The notes under the pieces were generated by a model, which did not search any database, was not told the DNA's origin, and worked only from the letters and a program-made list of their open reading frames with translations. A program made the translations under genes and the position numbers. A stretch of 64,000 bases of DNA, filler included, from Basidioascus undulatus (lineage: Eukaryota): assembly GCA_000826855.1 (NCBI GenBank). It is 3 parts of 3 records of this genome, joined end to end, with 100 filler letters (N's around TTAATTAATTAA, not from the genome) between each part and the next. Parts side by side here need not be neighbours in the genome. Positions count along the whole stretch, not along the records: positions 43,432 to 64,000 come from JTLS01000367.1; 2 more parts are not named here. One strand, 5' to 3'. This document shows positions 52,010 to 64,000 of this stretch, one piece after another. The stretch's first letter is position 1; every line of letters starts with the position of its first letter.

Positions 52010-53355
52010 ATGGAGTTCATCGCCGAGCCCCTGCACGATCTTCGTCCCCCATCGAGCGTCGTGACGTCCAAGCCCGTCTTTCGCACGCTCAGCGCCGTCG
52101 AGGCCCGCCTCACGCTCGCCCACCCCGGCGCGATGCAGTCTGCCGCGGCGGGCAGCGGCGGCGGCTTTGGAGCGTCGCTCATGCGCACCCTCAGCCGGGA
52201 GAGCAGCGATGAGGGGGGGTCGGGTGGCGGGGGGAGAAGGAAGAGCGGGGACTGGGGCAGGAGGCACAACAGCGACTGGGGCAAGGAGGCGAAGGAGGGC
52301 GAGGGCAGGTTCCAGATGAGCGGGCATGTGTGGGTCCTCGACGTGAGTGCAGCCTCTGCCTTGGATGGTGACTAAGGAAGGAAAATCTATGCCGAATGCA
52401 CCCACTTTCACCTTTTTAGGATGCCTTCATCTTCGTCCTCGACCCGACCACCAAGCCCCACAATCTCACAGCGGGCTCGGCAACCACCGCCCCCAAGCAG
52501 CGCCGCACCTCGCTCCTCCCGCTCCCGTCCTTCGGCACGAGCGACAAGAAGAAAGCCGCCGAAGCGGAGGAGAGCCCGATCGATGAGGACGCACCCCCGC
52601 CGCCGCTCACCTCGGGCCGCCACCGCAGCTCGCTGCTGCCGTCCATTGGTGGGGGCAAGAAGAAGGAAGAGGCCCTGCAACAGGAGCAGCAGCCGGAGGT
52701 CGGCGCTGGAGCCGCTGAGGGGCAGCCGCCAGCGCAGAAGGGCAGGAGAAGGAGCTCCCTCATCCCGCCTGGGATCGTCAACCTCTTCGGCGGCGGAAAG
52801 AAGGGCGAGCGCGCGGAAACGTCGCAGCAGTCGCAGACGCACCTCGTTTCGAAGGGTCAGGAAGCGGGCGAGCAGGCGGCTGCGCCTGAGGCGAAGGAGC
52901 GGCCTGAGGACAAGGCCTTCCCGCTGTATGTCGACGTGAGCTTTATCTTCCTTTGTGTTTCTTGAACCACCAGACCTATTCTACTGTCGCTTATTCTCTC
53001 ACCCCAACCACAGGACAAGCCCCTTACCGCTGTGAGGATCCCGCACTCGAACATCGGGAGCCTGCGCACGCTCCCGCTGCGCTCCGCAACGGGGCGCAAG
53101 CCGATTCCGCCGCCCGAGTCGCCCAAGCAGGCGCTCGATCCGCGCATGCTCGTCGCCGAGCCCGCTCGCCTCGAGATCGACGCCGTCGCGGGCGAGGCGT
53201 TAAAGCCGGGCGCGCGCACGGGCACGATCCTGTTTGAGTTCTGGGACGCCATCAGCGGGGACGGGGAGAGCAACGTCCTTGCTGAGTACATCCGCCAGGC
53301 CATGGAGAAGGCCGAGCAGGATAGGAAGGAGAGCGGGAAGGAGGGCGGCGCTTGA
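52010..53355 (+). CDS. Uncharacterised 3-exon protein, possibly a split PH/GRAM-like fold with low-complexity insertions
   Basis: ATG in CACAATGG context, GT-AG introns in frame and GC3-biased codons. Beta-like blocks FQMSGHVWVLD-DAFIFVLD, PLTAVRIPHSNI, TILFEFWD and a C-terminal helix. The fold call is inference only. Confidence 0.6.
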
Positions 53356-53875
53356 AAGGGTTGGGCGTTGCTGGTTCGGGTTCGATGCGGTCGTGGTTTC
53401 TGCTTGCTGATGCTTTCTGGGCTTTGCCTGATTTTGTCTTCTTATATCTCTACATGATGTAATTCGTAATACTCGCACACTCGACTGCCCTGCTCTTGAA
53501 CTATCCTTATGTGAAAGCGGTGCACTGGCACTGCACTGGGCTTGACATGCTGCCGGAGGCTGTGACAGACGTCAGACACGTGACCATCGTGCGACACTTC
53601 AACACTTTTCCACCTTCTTGCCTCCTTTTGTTCCTTTCGGTCATCATACCCTCTACCACACCGCTAACGACACCATCAGACGGTGCACTGACGATATTTT
53701 CACGATCGTATACCCTACTCATCCGGGTCTTTCGAACTCTCGTTGTCTTTCTTGGCTGTCGCGGGCGGCCACTTTCCGCCGAGCGACTAGGCTTTCCGAT
53801 ATAGAACCATCGCACCTCGTGCTGTGCATTCACCCCTAGCCATCGCTGTCGTTTTCGCCACCGACACAAGGCTCT

Positions 53876-56800
53876 ATGGGCCTGTTGGGCACCTTGCGCC
53901 GTTCGGCGAAGAGCGAGGATTCAAACGTGTACTACGTTGATTACGACGACGAGTATGCGGCGCCTCCCGCTGAACCATCACCACCTCCGCCGCCCCCGCG
54001 GCCGGCGGTCACCCTCCCGACGCCAGCCATGGATGCGCCCATAACCTCCGTTCCGATCTCTTATGACGCGTTCGACACATTCGAGCATGGACCGGAGTCG
54101 CTCGTGCGCGGCTTGACTTCGGCCCAACTTGTGCGTTTTCCTTTCCCGGCATGCCTGTTTTACTAGGCGGTGCGATTGGCTGAAACACGGGCAAAAAGTC
54201 TATGCTCGCAATCGGCGGAGCAATTGGGTCAGGGCTCGTAATCGACTCAGGCGAAGCTCTACGACAAGGTGATTTCTCTCCCCACCTACACTTCGATATG
54301 CATGCCTGACCTCTGGGTTGCACGTGAAGCTGGTCCGCTTGGGACACTGATCTCCTTCACGCTTATCGGATGGGTGTGCTGGGTGGTGATGTGTAGCTTA
54401 GGTGTGTGCTTGCATGCGCGACAATGCTGCTCTGCGCCTGTGGCTGACCAGGCACGCAGGCGAAATGGCGACTTTGTTGCCGCAGAAGCAAGGTGGGTCA
54501 TGTTGCCTGCGCACCGTCCTTTCAGACGTCTCATTTACGTATCCTGGACAGGCTTTGCGGGATTCGGAACGAGGTCAGTGCGCGCATTTCTCCGTCGTGC
54601 ATAGGGTGCCGTAGCGGATACTGAGATCCGCTAAACGATTCAGATTCGTGGACCCGTGAGTGCTGCCTTTACAGATCGTCCGCATTCTGTAGCTCACATT
54701 ACCTGAGCAGCGCATTCGGTTTCATGACCGATAAGTTTACCTTACTCGTACGGACCGCGACTCTCATACTAACTCAGGACTTCCCGCTTCTCTAAGCTAC
54801 AACTACCTCTTCAAAGTAAGCCATACGCATTTAATACGCCCGTTGGAGCTGACCATCTGCTTGATAGTATCTCATCGTGACGGCACAGAATATAACCGCA
54901 TGCGGCATGGTCGTTCGCGTGCGTAACGAGTCCTCACTGGGCGACCAGTCAAAAGTCAATTGACGGTCTCACTGACACATTTTCGTAGTATTGGACTGAA
55001 GCTCGGGACGAATCAATAGCCGTGTGGCTGACGGTCTTTGTCGGTGAGGATTCCCTTTCTGAAATCAGCTCGTTCTTTGAGCTGACGCCGACCGTCAACA
55101 GTCTCCATTCTGCTGCTCAACCTGCTCGGCGTTCGCTTCTTCGGCCAAGCCGAGTACATTCTGAGTGGGATCAAGTGCGTCTGTCCTTTTTCTTTGTGAC
55201 TGATGTGGCGGAATCTGACCGACCTCGTCATTCTCAAGAGTCTTGACGCTGGTTGGGTGCGTTTGATGCACGCTTGACGCGCAGCGTCGTAACTGACGAT
55301 GTGGCCCCCGGCTGCAATAAAGGCTCATCCTCATGAGTCTCATCTTAACACTAGGAGGTAACCCGCAACACCGGCGCGTCGGGTAAGTCGGTCGGTCGCA
55401 CGTGAAAGCGAAGGAGCGAACGCCATTTTCTGACGGACTTTGACAGATTTCAATACTGGAAGAGTGCGCAACAGGTCAGCCGCGTGTCCCAATCATGCTT
55501 GCTTATGTTGCACTACAGATCCCGGTCCCTTCGCTTGTTATAAGAACTCTCAACAGGACAACGGCGGCTGCGAGGGCGGATCCGCGTTGCGGTCTTTCGC
55601 AGGTGCGTTGAGCACCGTCGCTCTCTTGGGCTGTCTTTGAACCTTTGCTTGCGTAGGCTTTTGGCTCGTCTTAACGCATGCGCTCTTTTCGTGTACGTGG
55701 CACGGGACTCAAGTTGAAGTTCAGGATGATGACGCGTTCTCCCGCCTTGCACAGATAGCGTACGTCCACGACTCATCCTCCGAGAACGTGACAGAGGAGA
55801 GAGTGTTCACTTTTGCGCTGGTATAGGGAACCGAGCTCATAGGCATCTGCATCGGCGAGGTAAGGCATGCTGTCACCCCGCGCGACGTCCTGGTCAAGCT
55901 GACGAGGGTGCATTATTAGAGCATGGATCCACGCAGAAGTGTACCATCGGCAATCAAGCGAAGTAAGGGCAGAGCGGCATCCAGCTCTTCGATGCGATGC
56001 TGACCTTTTTGTCGCGTCTAGCGTTTTGGCGCATCGTTTTGCTCTACTGCGGGAGCGTATTTGTTCTCGGTGCGTTCCTGGTCACCGACGACGGCGACCC
56101 GCGAGCTAAGTTGGCGCGCTCAGGCCTTGTCGTGGCCTCGAACGACCCCGGGCTGTATTTGAAGGGCAAAGACGAGCAACTCACCCTTCAAATAAGTCCT
56201 TTCATCCTCGCAATTTCAAATTTCGGCATCGGGGGGCTCCCGCATGTGGTGAACGCCCTCACGTTGGTGTTCGTTCTGTCTGCGTCAAACAGCGACCTGT
56301 ACGTTGCGATTCTCAAAGTCCGTTGAAGCATGATTACAGATGACATATGAGACTCTGCTCGACAGTTACATCGGGTCCCGGACGCTATACGGCCTGGCTG
56401 CGTTCAAACAGGCATGTACTCTTTGAGCGGACCCGCCGCAAGACGCTGACCACGATTGCTCGTCCACGCAGGCACCACGCATCTTCCTCAGGGTGAACCG
56501 CTTGCACTCGCCTTATATAAGCGTCGTCTTCTGTTGGCTTTTCTGCTTCCTCTCGTTCATGAACGTGAGCGAGTCTGGACCGGCGGTGTGCGCTGTTTCT
56601 ACCTTAAGCTCGTTACGTGTTGCAGTGCTTACTCCTTTCTTCGCAGCTTCAAGGTAATAGTCGTGACCAACGCCCTTGACAATTTGCACTGACCAGGGGA
56701 TCTTCAAATGCAGCGGCTTTTCAACATGTGCGTCGGAGCCCGCCTATTTGATCCACCGCCGCTGACGTCCCGTCGCTCCTCCATCCTAAGGTCTACACTT

Positions 56801-57464
56801 TTCGGAGGTAAGAGCAGCAATTTTGTGGCATCTGCAGGAGCACCATTCGTCCTCACGAGCCACCAGGCCTTACCTGGGCGTCGATCCTCTTCTCTCACAT
56901 TCGCTTCATCCGAGCGCTCGAATTCAAGGGCCGCAGTCGCCACGATTTGCCATACACAGCCCCCTTCGGCCCTTGGGCTAGTTGGCTGTCACTCGCCATT
57001 ATCACCATTGTGATCATTTTCAAAGGGTGAGTAATTCATGTGGATATTCTCAAGATGGACCTCTCGCAACTTACACTGTCCGATCGTAGGTTCGACGCAA
57101 TTCTGAGTCCCTTTGACGTTGGAGGCTTCGTCACTTCGTATATAGGTCCGCTGTAGCTCTACCAGATTGATGTTGCGCTCCAATTCTCAATTATCTCCCG
57201 TAGGCATCCCTATCGCTCTGGCTCTGTACTTGGGGTACAAGTGGGTGTACGGAACACAGGTACGCCGCCACGCTCTCCATCAGGCCGATCAACCAACAGC
57301 AAGCTCATTTCAGCCGCTGTAACTTATCCAAGTTCATCTCCTCTGAGTTCGTTGACCTAACAACAGGCGTACGCGAGTTTGACGAGGACGAGAAGTGGTT
57401 CAAAGAGCACGACATGCAGAAGGGGAAGTCGCGCTGGATGAGGATTTGGGAGCGGGTGACATGA
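53876..57464 (+). CDS. APC-superfamily amino-acid permease (YAT family, Dip5-like), about 30 exons
   Basis: Motifs LVRGLTSAQL-SMLAIGGAIGSGL, AGPLG, LGEMAT, RFVDPAFGF, FSYSGTELIG, FWRIVLLY, SPFILA, LSASNSDLYIGSRTLYGLA, HIRF..A, DLPYTAPF, FVTSYIGIP. Confidence 0.93.
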
Positions 57465-57946
57465 CGATACTGCAACGACTTTGTTTCTTTGATTTCCACG
57501 GGCTCTTTGCTGTCACCGATGGTTCTGTACTTGCGTTGTCGGTGTGGGTAAGTGTGGGCGTGCCGAAGTAGAGTGGTCACCTGTCGCCAACCTGTCGCTT
57601 TGCTATAGACGCGTCTACGGGCGCCGCAGCTGACCTCGCAAATGCGATTATTATTGCCGCGAGAGATCGGATCGGTCAAAGTTGTAAATATACCGCCTAA
57701 AAGTATTGCGAGGCAGTTGACTGAAAAAAGTCCTTGCCCATTACACCGCCGTCGGATGACAGGCGAGCCGAGTCACTCGCGTGCAGCTCGCCTGAGTGTG
57801 TGTTCATTCTCCCAATCGCTCAGCGGCTCTTATCGCGTCTTTTCACTCGCTTACACACTCTTCACTCTTCCATAACTCTCTCACGAGGCTTAATCTAAGC
57901 CTAAGCGCTCCTTCGATCGATCTCGCCTCTAACTCGACGCTTAACC

Positions 57947-59878
57947 ATGTCAAACGATGCCCTCTCCACCCTCTTGTCCGCCGTCGCGTCGCACACGTTG
58001 AGCCACATCGACGCTCTTCCTTCATTGCCCACCATTGCGGTTCCTTCTCTCCTGAGAAATGCCCTCGATAATATTCCTCAACGTCTACCCGAAGAGGGAT
58101 GGGGCGACGAGAAGACGCTACAGTATCTCATTGGGAGCGTTGTTGGCGGGCTCGCACAAGGCCAGTCCGGGCCGCGCTACTTCGGTTTTGTCACAGGTGC
58201 GTATAACCTCCATGTCGCATACATGTCGATTAAACATCATTATTGAATCATTCAACACCAGGCGGCGTTCTTCCGTCTGCTTTGCTGGCAGACCAACTGG
58301 CGACTCTCTACGACCAGGTAACGAGTTCCGGCGTGCATTAGTCATGCCATGCTGCAGCTCACCTTCGAATTGGGAGCAGAACGTCCAAGTTCATCTTCCC
58401 ACCCAGTCCATCTCCACCGTGGTCGAGGCTCGCTCTCTTTCTCTCCTTCTCGACCTCTTGTCCCTCGACCCCTCCGAGTACCCTGGCCGCACACTCACTA
58501 CCGGCGCGACGGCCTCGAACATCCTCGGTCTCGCATGTGCGAGGGAGTACGCACTATCTCGGGCCCATCCGGGCTACAGCGTAGCCGAGGACGGCCTCGC
58601 TGGCAAGGCATGCGACGTCTTCGTGGCCAAAGCCCACGCGAGCGTGGTGAAGGCCGCGTCCGTAGTCGGCATCGGCAGACGCAGCGTGCGAGAGGTTGGC
58701 CTGTCTCCGGAGAAATCGGGGGGCCTGGCGTTTGACCTGAAGGTCTTGGAGGAGCTCATGAAAGATGGAAAAGCGAAGGGCAAGGGGTGCGTACTCGACC
58801 AACCGTAGCTTGCTGCCACACATGCTGAGATCTCCTCCCTATCAGCCTGATTATTGTTGCCGGTTTCGGTGAGGTCAACACGGTGCGTTGCACACATTAA
58901 ACTTGTATTTGCCCGTACCAGACTCAGAGGCTGTGACAACAGGGCGGATACACGCCGGACATCCCGAAGCTACGCCAGCTGTGTGTTTGCTACGGTGCGT
59001 GGCTGCACATTGACGGGGGTACGTATCCCTTGGGACTTGATTTCAGGCACCGATTCTGACAATATCGGGCAGCGTTTGGCGCCTTCGGAACCTTGGTCCC
59101 TGATTTGAAGCCGTTTGTCGAGCATCTCTGTCTCGCGGATAGCATCACCGTCGACGGTAAGTCAGACTCTGATAGTGTAATTTCACCTGCAGCGAACTGA
59201 CTGAGGTACGACCCATACAGCGCACAAGTGGTTGAACGTACCGTACGCTGATTCTGAATTCGTAGAGCGAGACGGATATCTCACCCTTTCTTCTTACGCA
59301 GCTACGACACCGCCGCATTCTTCACTCGGCATGCGCAAATCCTCCCCTCCGTGTTCGGTCCTTCTCCCTCGTCTGGTGGACCAGCATATCTCACCTCGGC
59401 CCCTTCCGTCTCTCCGGCGTATCCTGCACTCGAAGCCGTTCAGTCGATCCCCTCGCCGTTGAACGTCAATCTCGAAAATTCACGCCGCTTCCGCGCACTG
59501 CCACTCTTCGCCGCGCTGCTCTCCCTCGGGCGCGCGGGCTACGCGGAGCTCGTGCAGCGCAACGTCGCGTTCGCGCGCAAGATCGGGGAGTACCTCGATG
59601 CGCACCCGGGATACGAGCTTCTCAACCCCCACATCGAGAGCGCACCGCACAAGGTCTTGCTCAATATTGTCTTGTTCCGCGCGAAGGACGTTGACGCTAC
59701 GGAGCTGGTGAGGCGAATCAACGAGACGGGAAGATGTTATGTGAGCCCGACCAGCTGGGAGGGCCGCGGGGCGGTGAGGATCGCAGTGAGCAACTGGATG
59801 ACGGGGCTCGAGAGGCCGGAGGGTCCGGACGATTGGGAGGTTGTGAAGGAAGTTTTGGAGGAGGCGATGCGTGGTTGA
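57947..59878 (+). CDS. Group II PLP-dependent amino-acid decarboxylase
   Basis: Motifs GPRYFGFVTGG, TTGATASNILGLACARE, AHASVVKAA, GEVNTG, WLHIDGAFG, DSITVDAHKWLNVPYD (PLP lysine), ENSRRFRALP, RIAVSNW. Confidence 0.93.
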
Positions 59879-59940
59879 GGACATCCTGACAGGCACAAGC
59901 TCGATGTACCGGACAGTTTGCGGTACGGTATCAAATCGAG

Positions 59941-61313
59941 TCACATTGCCCATCCGAAGCCCGAGAGCTTCTCATTGAGCCCATCATCGATGTACTTGGC
60001 GAACTCGTCTTTGTACTCCTCGCTCCAACGGCTGAGCGGCGGGCGGCCCTCAACGACGTCGGATGCACTCCAGGCCATTCTTAACTGGTCCAGTCGCTCC
60101 GAGGTGTCGTTGTCAGGGACGATGACGTCTGCAAAATGGAAACCAAGTTGAGTTGCGACTCTCGATAATGAGGGTATAAGCGGGACCAACAGAACCGCTT
60201 CGGATCCTTGGCGATCGCGTTGAACAGGTAGGAGACAGTCTCTTCGGCAGTGAAGGCGCCGGCGGGCTTTTCGGACCCTGTCGATTTGCCAGTCATGTTG
60301 GTCCAGGTCCATCCAGGGCTGAAATCACCGGCAAGGCGTCAGTTTCGGGAAGACTCAGGCGGGGCGCAAAGAACTGAACGCACACGAAGAGAACGGACTG
60401 GACTTTGCAGTCCGGCGTGTTGCGCAGCTCGTGCTGCAGACCTTCCGTCAAGACCTTGACGGCGGCCTGAAGGGCGGCAATCATAGCAGTCAGTACATTG
60501 CATGGAAAGCCTGAGCATTGTCGCGCATCTTCACAACGCACCTTGCTGGTGTTGTACGCGAGGTTGCCGGGCGGGCAGGTGATACCTGCGCGTTTCGTAG
60601 AATCAGTTGAGATAGGAGTACAGGGGAGGATGTAAAGAGATTTCCCCTACCTTGCTTCGAACCGGTGTTGATCACGAGCGAAGGGATCGACTGCTTCTTC
60701 CTGAATATCGAACAAGGCGTCAGCATGAGAGGAGCGCATAGCGCATCGCAAGCATCTCCTACGCACATAGCCGGCACGAAAGTCTGCACGCCGTTAAGCA
60801 CGCCCCCAAAGTTGACACCCAGCGTCTTGTGCCATTGCTCGTAGTTGTCGGTCGCGCCAGCGCGGCCCATGGTGCCGGAGTTGTTGATCAGGACCGATAC
60901 CTGCGTCGGCCGCCCCTTCCTCGTCAGCAAATGCAGGCGCGCGTAAAGCAGACGAGACGGCGATACAGAACCAACGCACGTCGCCGAACTCATCCCGCAC
61001 ATCACGGAACAGGTTCTGCACACTGACGATCTCGCTCACGTCCGTGTGCACGGTCCGGACGTGCGCCGCGCCGTACTTGGCAGCGAGCTCCGAGCCAGCT
61101 TTAGAGAGGCCATCCGAGTCAAGGTCGGCGAGGACGACCTTCATCCCCGCGCTGTTGAGCGTTATATGAGCCTTGGAGTTTTGCGAACAAGCAAGACATG
61201 AACAGGAGGAAGACACACCCAGCGAGGTGGTCGGCGGCAGCGAGGCCAATCGATCCCGCTCCGCCAGTGATAACGGCGACGCGACCGGCTTTAATGGCAG
61301 GGTGGTGAGACAT
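59941..61313 (-). CDS. Short-chain dehydrogenase/reductase (classical SDR), 8 exons
   Basis: GRVAVITGGAGSIG, LINNSG, VNFGGVLNG, INTGSKQGITCPPGNLAYNTSK (YxxxK), PGWTWT, PDND, RPPLSRW. Confidence 0.92.
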
Positions 61314-61962
61314 GGTAACGAGTATTAGGGTTAGGTTAGTGGAAGGAGAAGGAGCAGGCGGTGGAAGAGAAGCAAGGAGATGAACCGGTCTCCTTCACCT
61401 CCTCCGATAACCGCTCGGTGGAGGTCGACATATGACGTAAGATTTCTCATTCGCCTGAATATGCATAGGCTGCAAACATGACTTGCTGCTCTGCTTGGAA
61501 ACGCGGATTGTAGAACTAGATGGGGGGGGGGGGCGGCGGGGACATCGAAAGCAAACGGAACCCACATGCGAGCTAGCCCTGGCTGAGGTGGTTCTGTTGA
61601 ACAACCAGAACGCCCCACCCATGGCAATCGCGCTCTCGAGACTACATCTACTCTTATTCGTGAACCTGGTTCCTCACGAGAACACTTAAGAGTAGCCACG
61701 GTGAAGGCTGGCCGGTCGCTGGAGTGCCAGACCTTACGTCGAACCACCGCGGTCGACTTCAGCGAACCAGCAATCCCAGCGAGCCATCAACCGCAGCGCC
61801 CGAACCCTTCGGAGAATTCGTTATCGAGAAGTCCGAGCGCCATCAACTGCAGCCTCCGAAACGCCTGTCGAGAGAACGACCCAAAGATTCAGTGCAAAGG
61901 AGTTTTTGTGTCTAGACTACACCCCATCCACGCCCTCAAACCCCCTCCGTCCGTCGATACGC

Positions 61963-63975
61963 TCAGTAGATCATGCTGCAGGAGCGGGCAATGACGTGTG
62001 AGACGAACTGTCCGGTGAACAGATAGAGGAAGACGAGAAACTTGCCTGCTCATGTCCGCACGGATGCGGCCGTAATCCAGGAGACCCTCAATGCGACCGT
62101 GAGCAGCGATCGCGATCTGTAAGAGAAACGCAAGGAGCGCATCAGCGACGTCCAAAAGATGCGATAGTACAGCGAAAGAGTCGACTCACGTCCTTGTCCC
62201 ACAGATACTTCTGCGCCACACGCTGGATCTCCGCCGAGGTGACCTTAGCGATCGCCTCCTCGATCTCCTTCGGCGTCGCGCGGCGGCCGGTGGTGACGAG
62301 CTGGCGGCCGATGTCCTCCGCGACGGCGGTGGTGCCGTCGAGGCCGAGGAGGAGGGACGCCTTAAGCTGGGACTTTGCACGCTCGACCTCGCCCTCGGTG
62401 GGCGCGAGGCTCATGCGCGTCCACTCGCGGAGGGTGAAGTGCACGAGGTCATCGATCTGGGACAGGTTCTCGGAGACGAGGTAGATGCCCCAGAGGCCGG
62501 AGTCCGAGTACGACGTCGAGAAAGACATGTAGCTGTTGGCGAGGTTGTTGGAGCTCACGATGTGCGAGAGCCGGCTCGAGAGCAGCGGGCTCGCGCCGAG
62601 CGAGCGGTCCCAGTTGCCGAAGATCGACTGGAGGACGAGGAGCGGGTAGTAGTCAGGCGAGGACCAGCCGGCGCCCTCGACCGCGATCGCGATGTTGGCC
62701 GTGGAGCGGGTGTCGTCGCGGATGCGGACCTCGGAGCCGACGAACTGGGTCTTATTGTCGCCGCGCTGGCCGAGCGGGATCGGGTTCTTGGACGTCGGGA
62801 GGTTGCCGAAGTGCTTCTTGGCGAGCTCGACGAGCTCAGAGTGGGGGATGCCGCCCGCACCGGCGAGCACCATGCGGTCCGCGGTGTAGTTGGTGGAGAT
62901 GTAGGAAGAGAGGTCGTTGCGGGAGATAGACTTGATGTTGGCGGTCGGGCCGAGGATGGTGCGGCCAAGGGGCTGGCCTGTAAGCATCCACCAGCGTGTC
63001 AGCGATCTTCTCCCCGGACGTCCTGTCTCGCCATGGCGAGTGGTTCCCTCCCGAGTGAAGGCCCCTTTTCTGCGCCACAAACATCGATCGACCAGCACTC
63101 ACCCTGGTAAGCGACGGCGTGCAGGTGGTCAAAGACGACCTCCTCGATTTGCTTGTCAACCTCCTCCTGCTCCCGGAGGATAACGTCCCGCTCGCGCTCG
63201 ATGGCGGACTCCTCGAGCTTGGAGTTTTGCAGGATGTCGGAGAGGATGTCTACGGCCTTGGGGACATCGTGGTTGAACGCCTTGGCGTAGTAGACAGTCT
63301 GCTCGCGCGAGGTGTACGCGTTCAGGTGTGCGCCGATCGACTCGACCTCGAGCTCGAGCTGGTGCTGCGAGCGGCGGTTGGTACCCTGCGGGGAAGGTAG
63401 GTGGTGTCAGCGACCGGACTTTCATTGCATGGCTGGGGGATGGACGGGTCAAGGCAGAAAGGAGATCCAGGTATCTTGATCAAGTGATGAGGGTTGGCGT
63501 CCAGCAAGGCAGAAGACCGGGGAGGGTCCCGTCATTTGCCCCTCGCGCGAGGAAGACGCCCCTTGGACGCTCAGATCGCCTTCTTCGCCCAGTTCATCCA
63601 CCCGCTCTTCTTCCTCCTATCCAGCCCGTTTCCTCACCTTGAACGCCATGTGCTCGAGGAAGTGAGCGGTGCCGTTCGTGGCATCGGTCTCAGCGCGGGA
63701 GCCCGAGTCGATCCAGACACCGACGGTCGCGCTCTTCGCGTTGGTAGCCTCGGTCGCGACGGTCAGGCCTGTTCATCCAATTGACCCTCCACCACATCAG
63801 CTACCAGACCACCCCGCATATGGCGATGGGAACCAGGCTCTGCACCGTTGTCCAGGGTGGTGATCTCGGTCTGGGGCCCGTTCACGGCGGTCGCAAAGGA
63901 GCGGGCGGCGAGGGACCGGCGCGCGCCGGCGCTGCGGAGGCCCTGGCGGAGCGAGGGGAGGAAGCGGGACGCCAT
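61963..63975 (-). CDS. MAS1: Mitochondrial processing peptidase beta subunit / complex III core 1 (M16B)
   Basis: Arg-rich presequence [41 protein letters not shown] (HxxEH), [39 protein letters not shown]; the last intron is GC-AG. Confidence 0.96.
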
Positions 63976-64000
63976 GACGAGGCGGGTGGGAGGGACGGGC

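Overview
Eukaryotic fungal DNA. It is GC-rich and very intron-dense, with GTGCGT/GTGAGT/GTAAGT donors, CTRAC branch sites and introns mostly 50-80 nt; this fits a basidiomycete, probably Pucciniomycotina (inference). The window is three contigs joined by artificial 100-nt N/TTAATTAATTAA/N spacers (21625-21724, 43332-43431), so linkage across them is not evidence. Contig 1 holds the RCL1 last exon, a peroxisomal acyl-CoA thioesterase, SPT16, a decayed O-fucosyltransferase-like pseudogene, tRNA-Val(CAC) with a 7-nt intron, an OPT transporter and a GBF1/GEA-type Sec7 GEF (5'-truncated). Contig 2 holds a truncated tRNA-Phe(GAA), an F-box gene with an apparent frameshift, a PHO89-type phosphate symporter, ECI1, two Zn2Cys6 transcription factors, and an LRR region that appears to splice in frame onto two eIF4G-like MIF4G domains. 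Contig 3 holds an orphan 3' exon, an MFS permease, ARF1, an unknown protein, an amino-acid permease, a PLP decarboxylase, an SDR and MPP beta. The most notable observations are the putative LRR-MIF4G-MIF4G fusion gene with a stop codon inside the splice donor, two apparently non-canonical introns (GA-AG and AT-AA), 5-7 nt microexons and a train of six adjacent inverted repeats. All gene models were spliced by eye and no database search was run.
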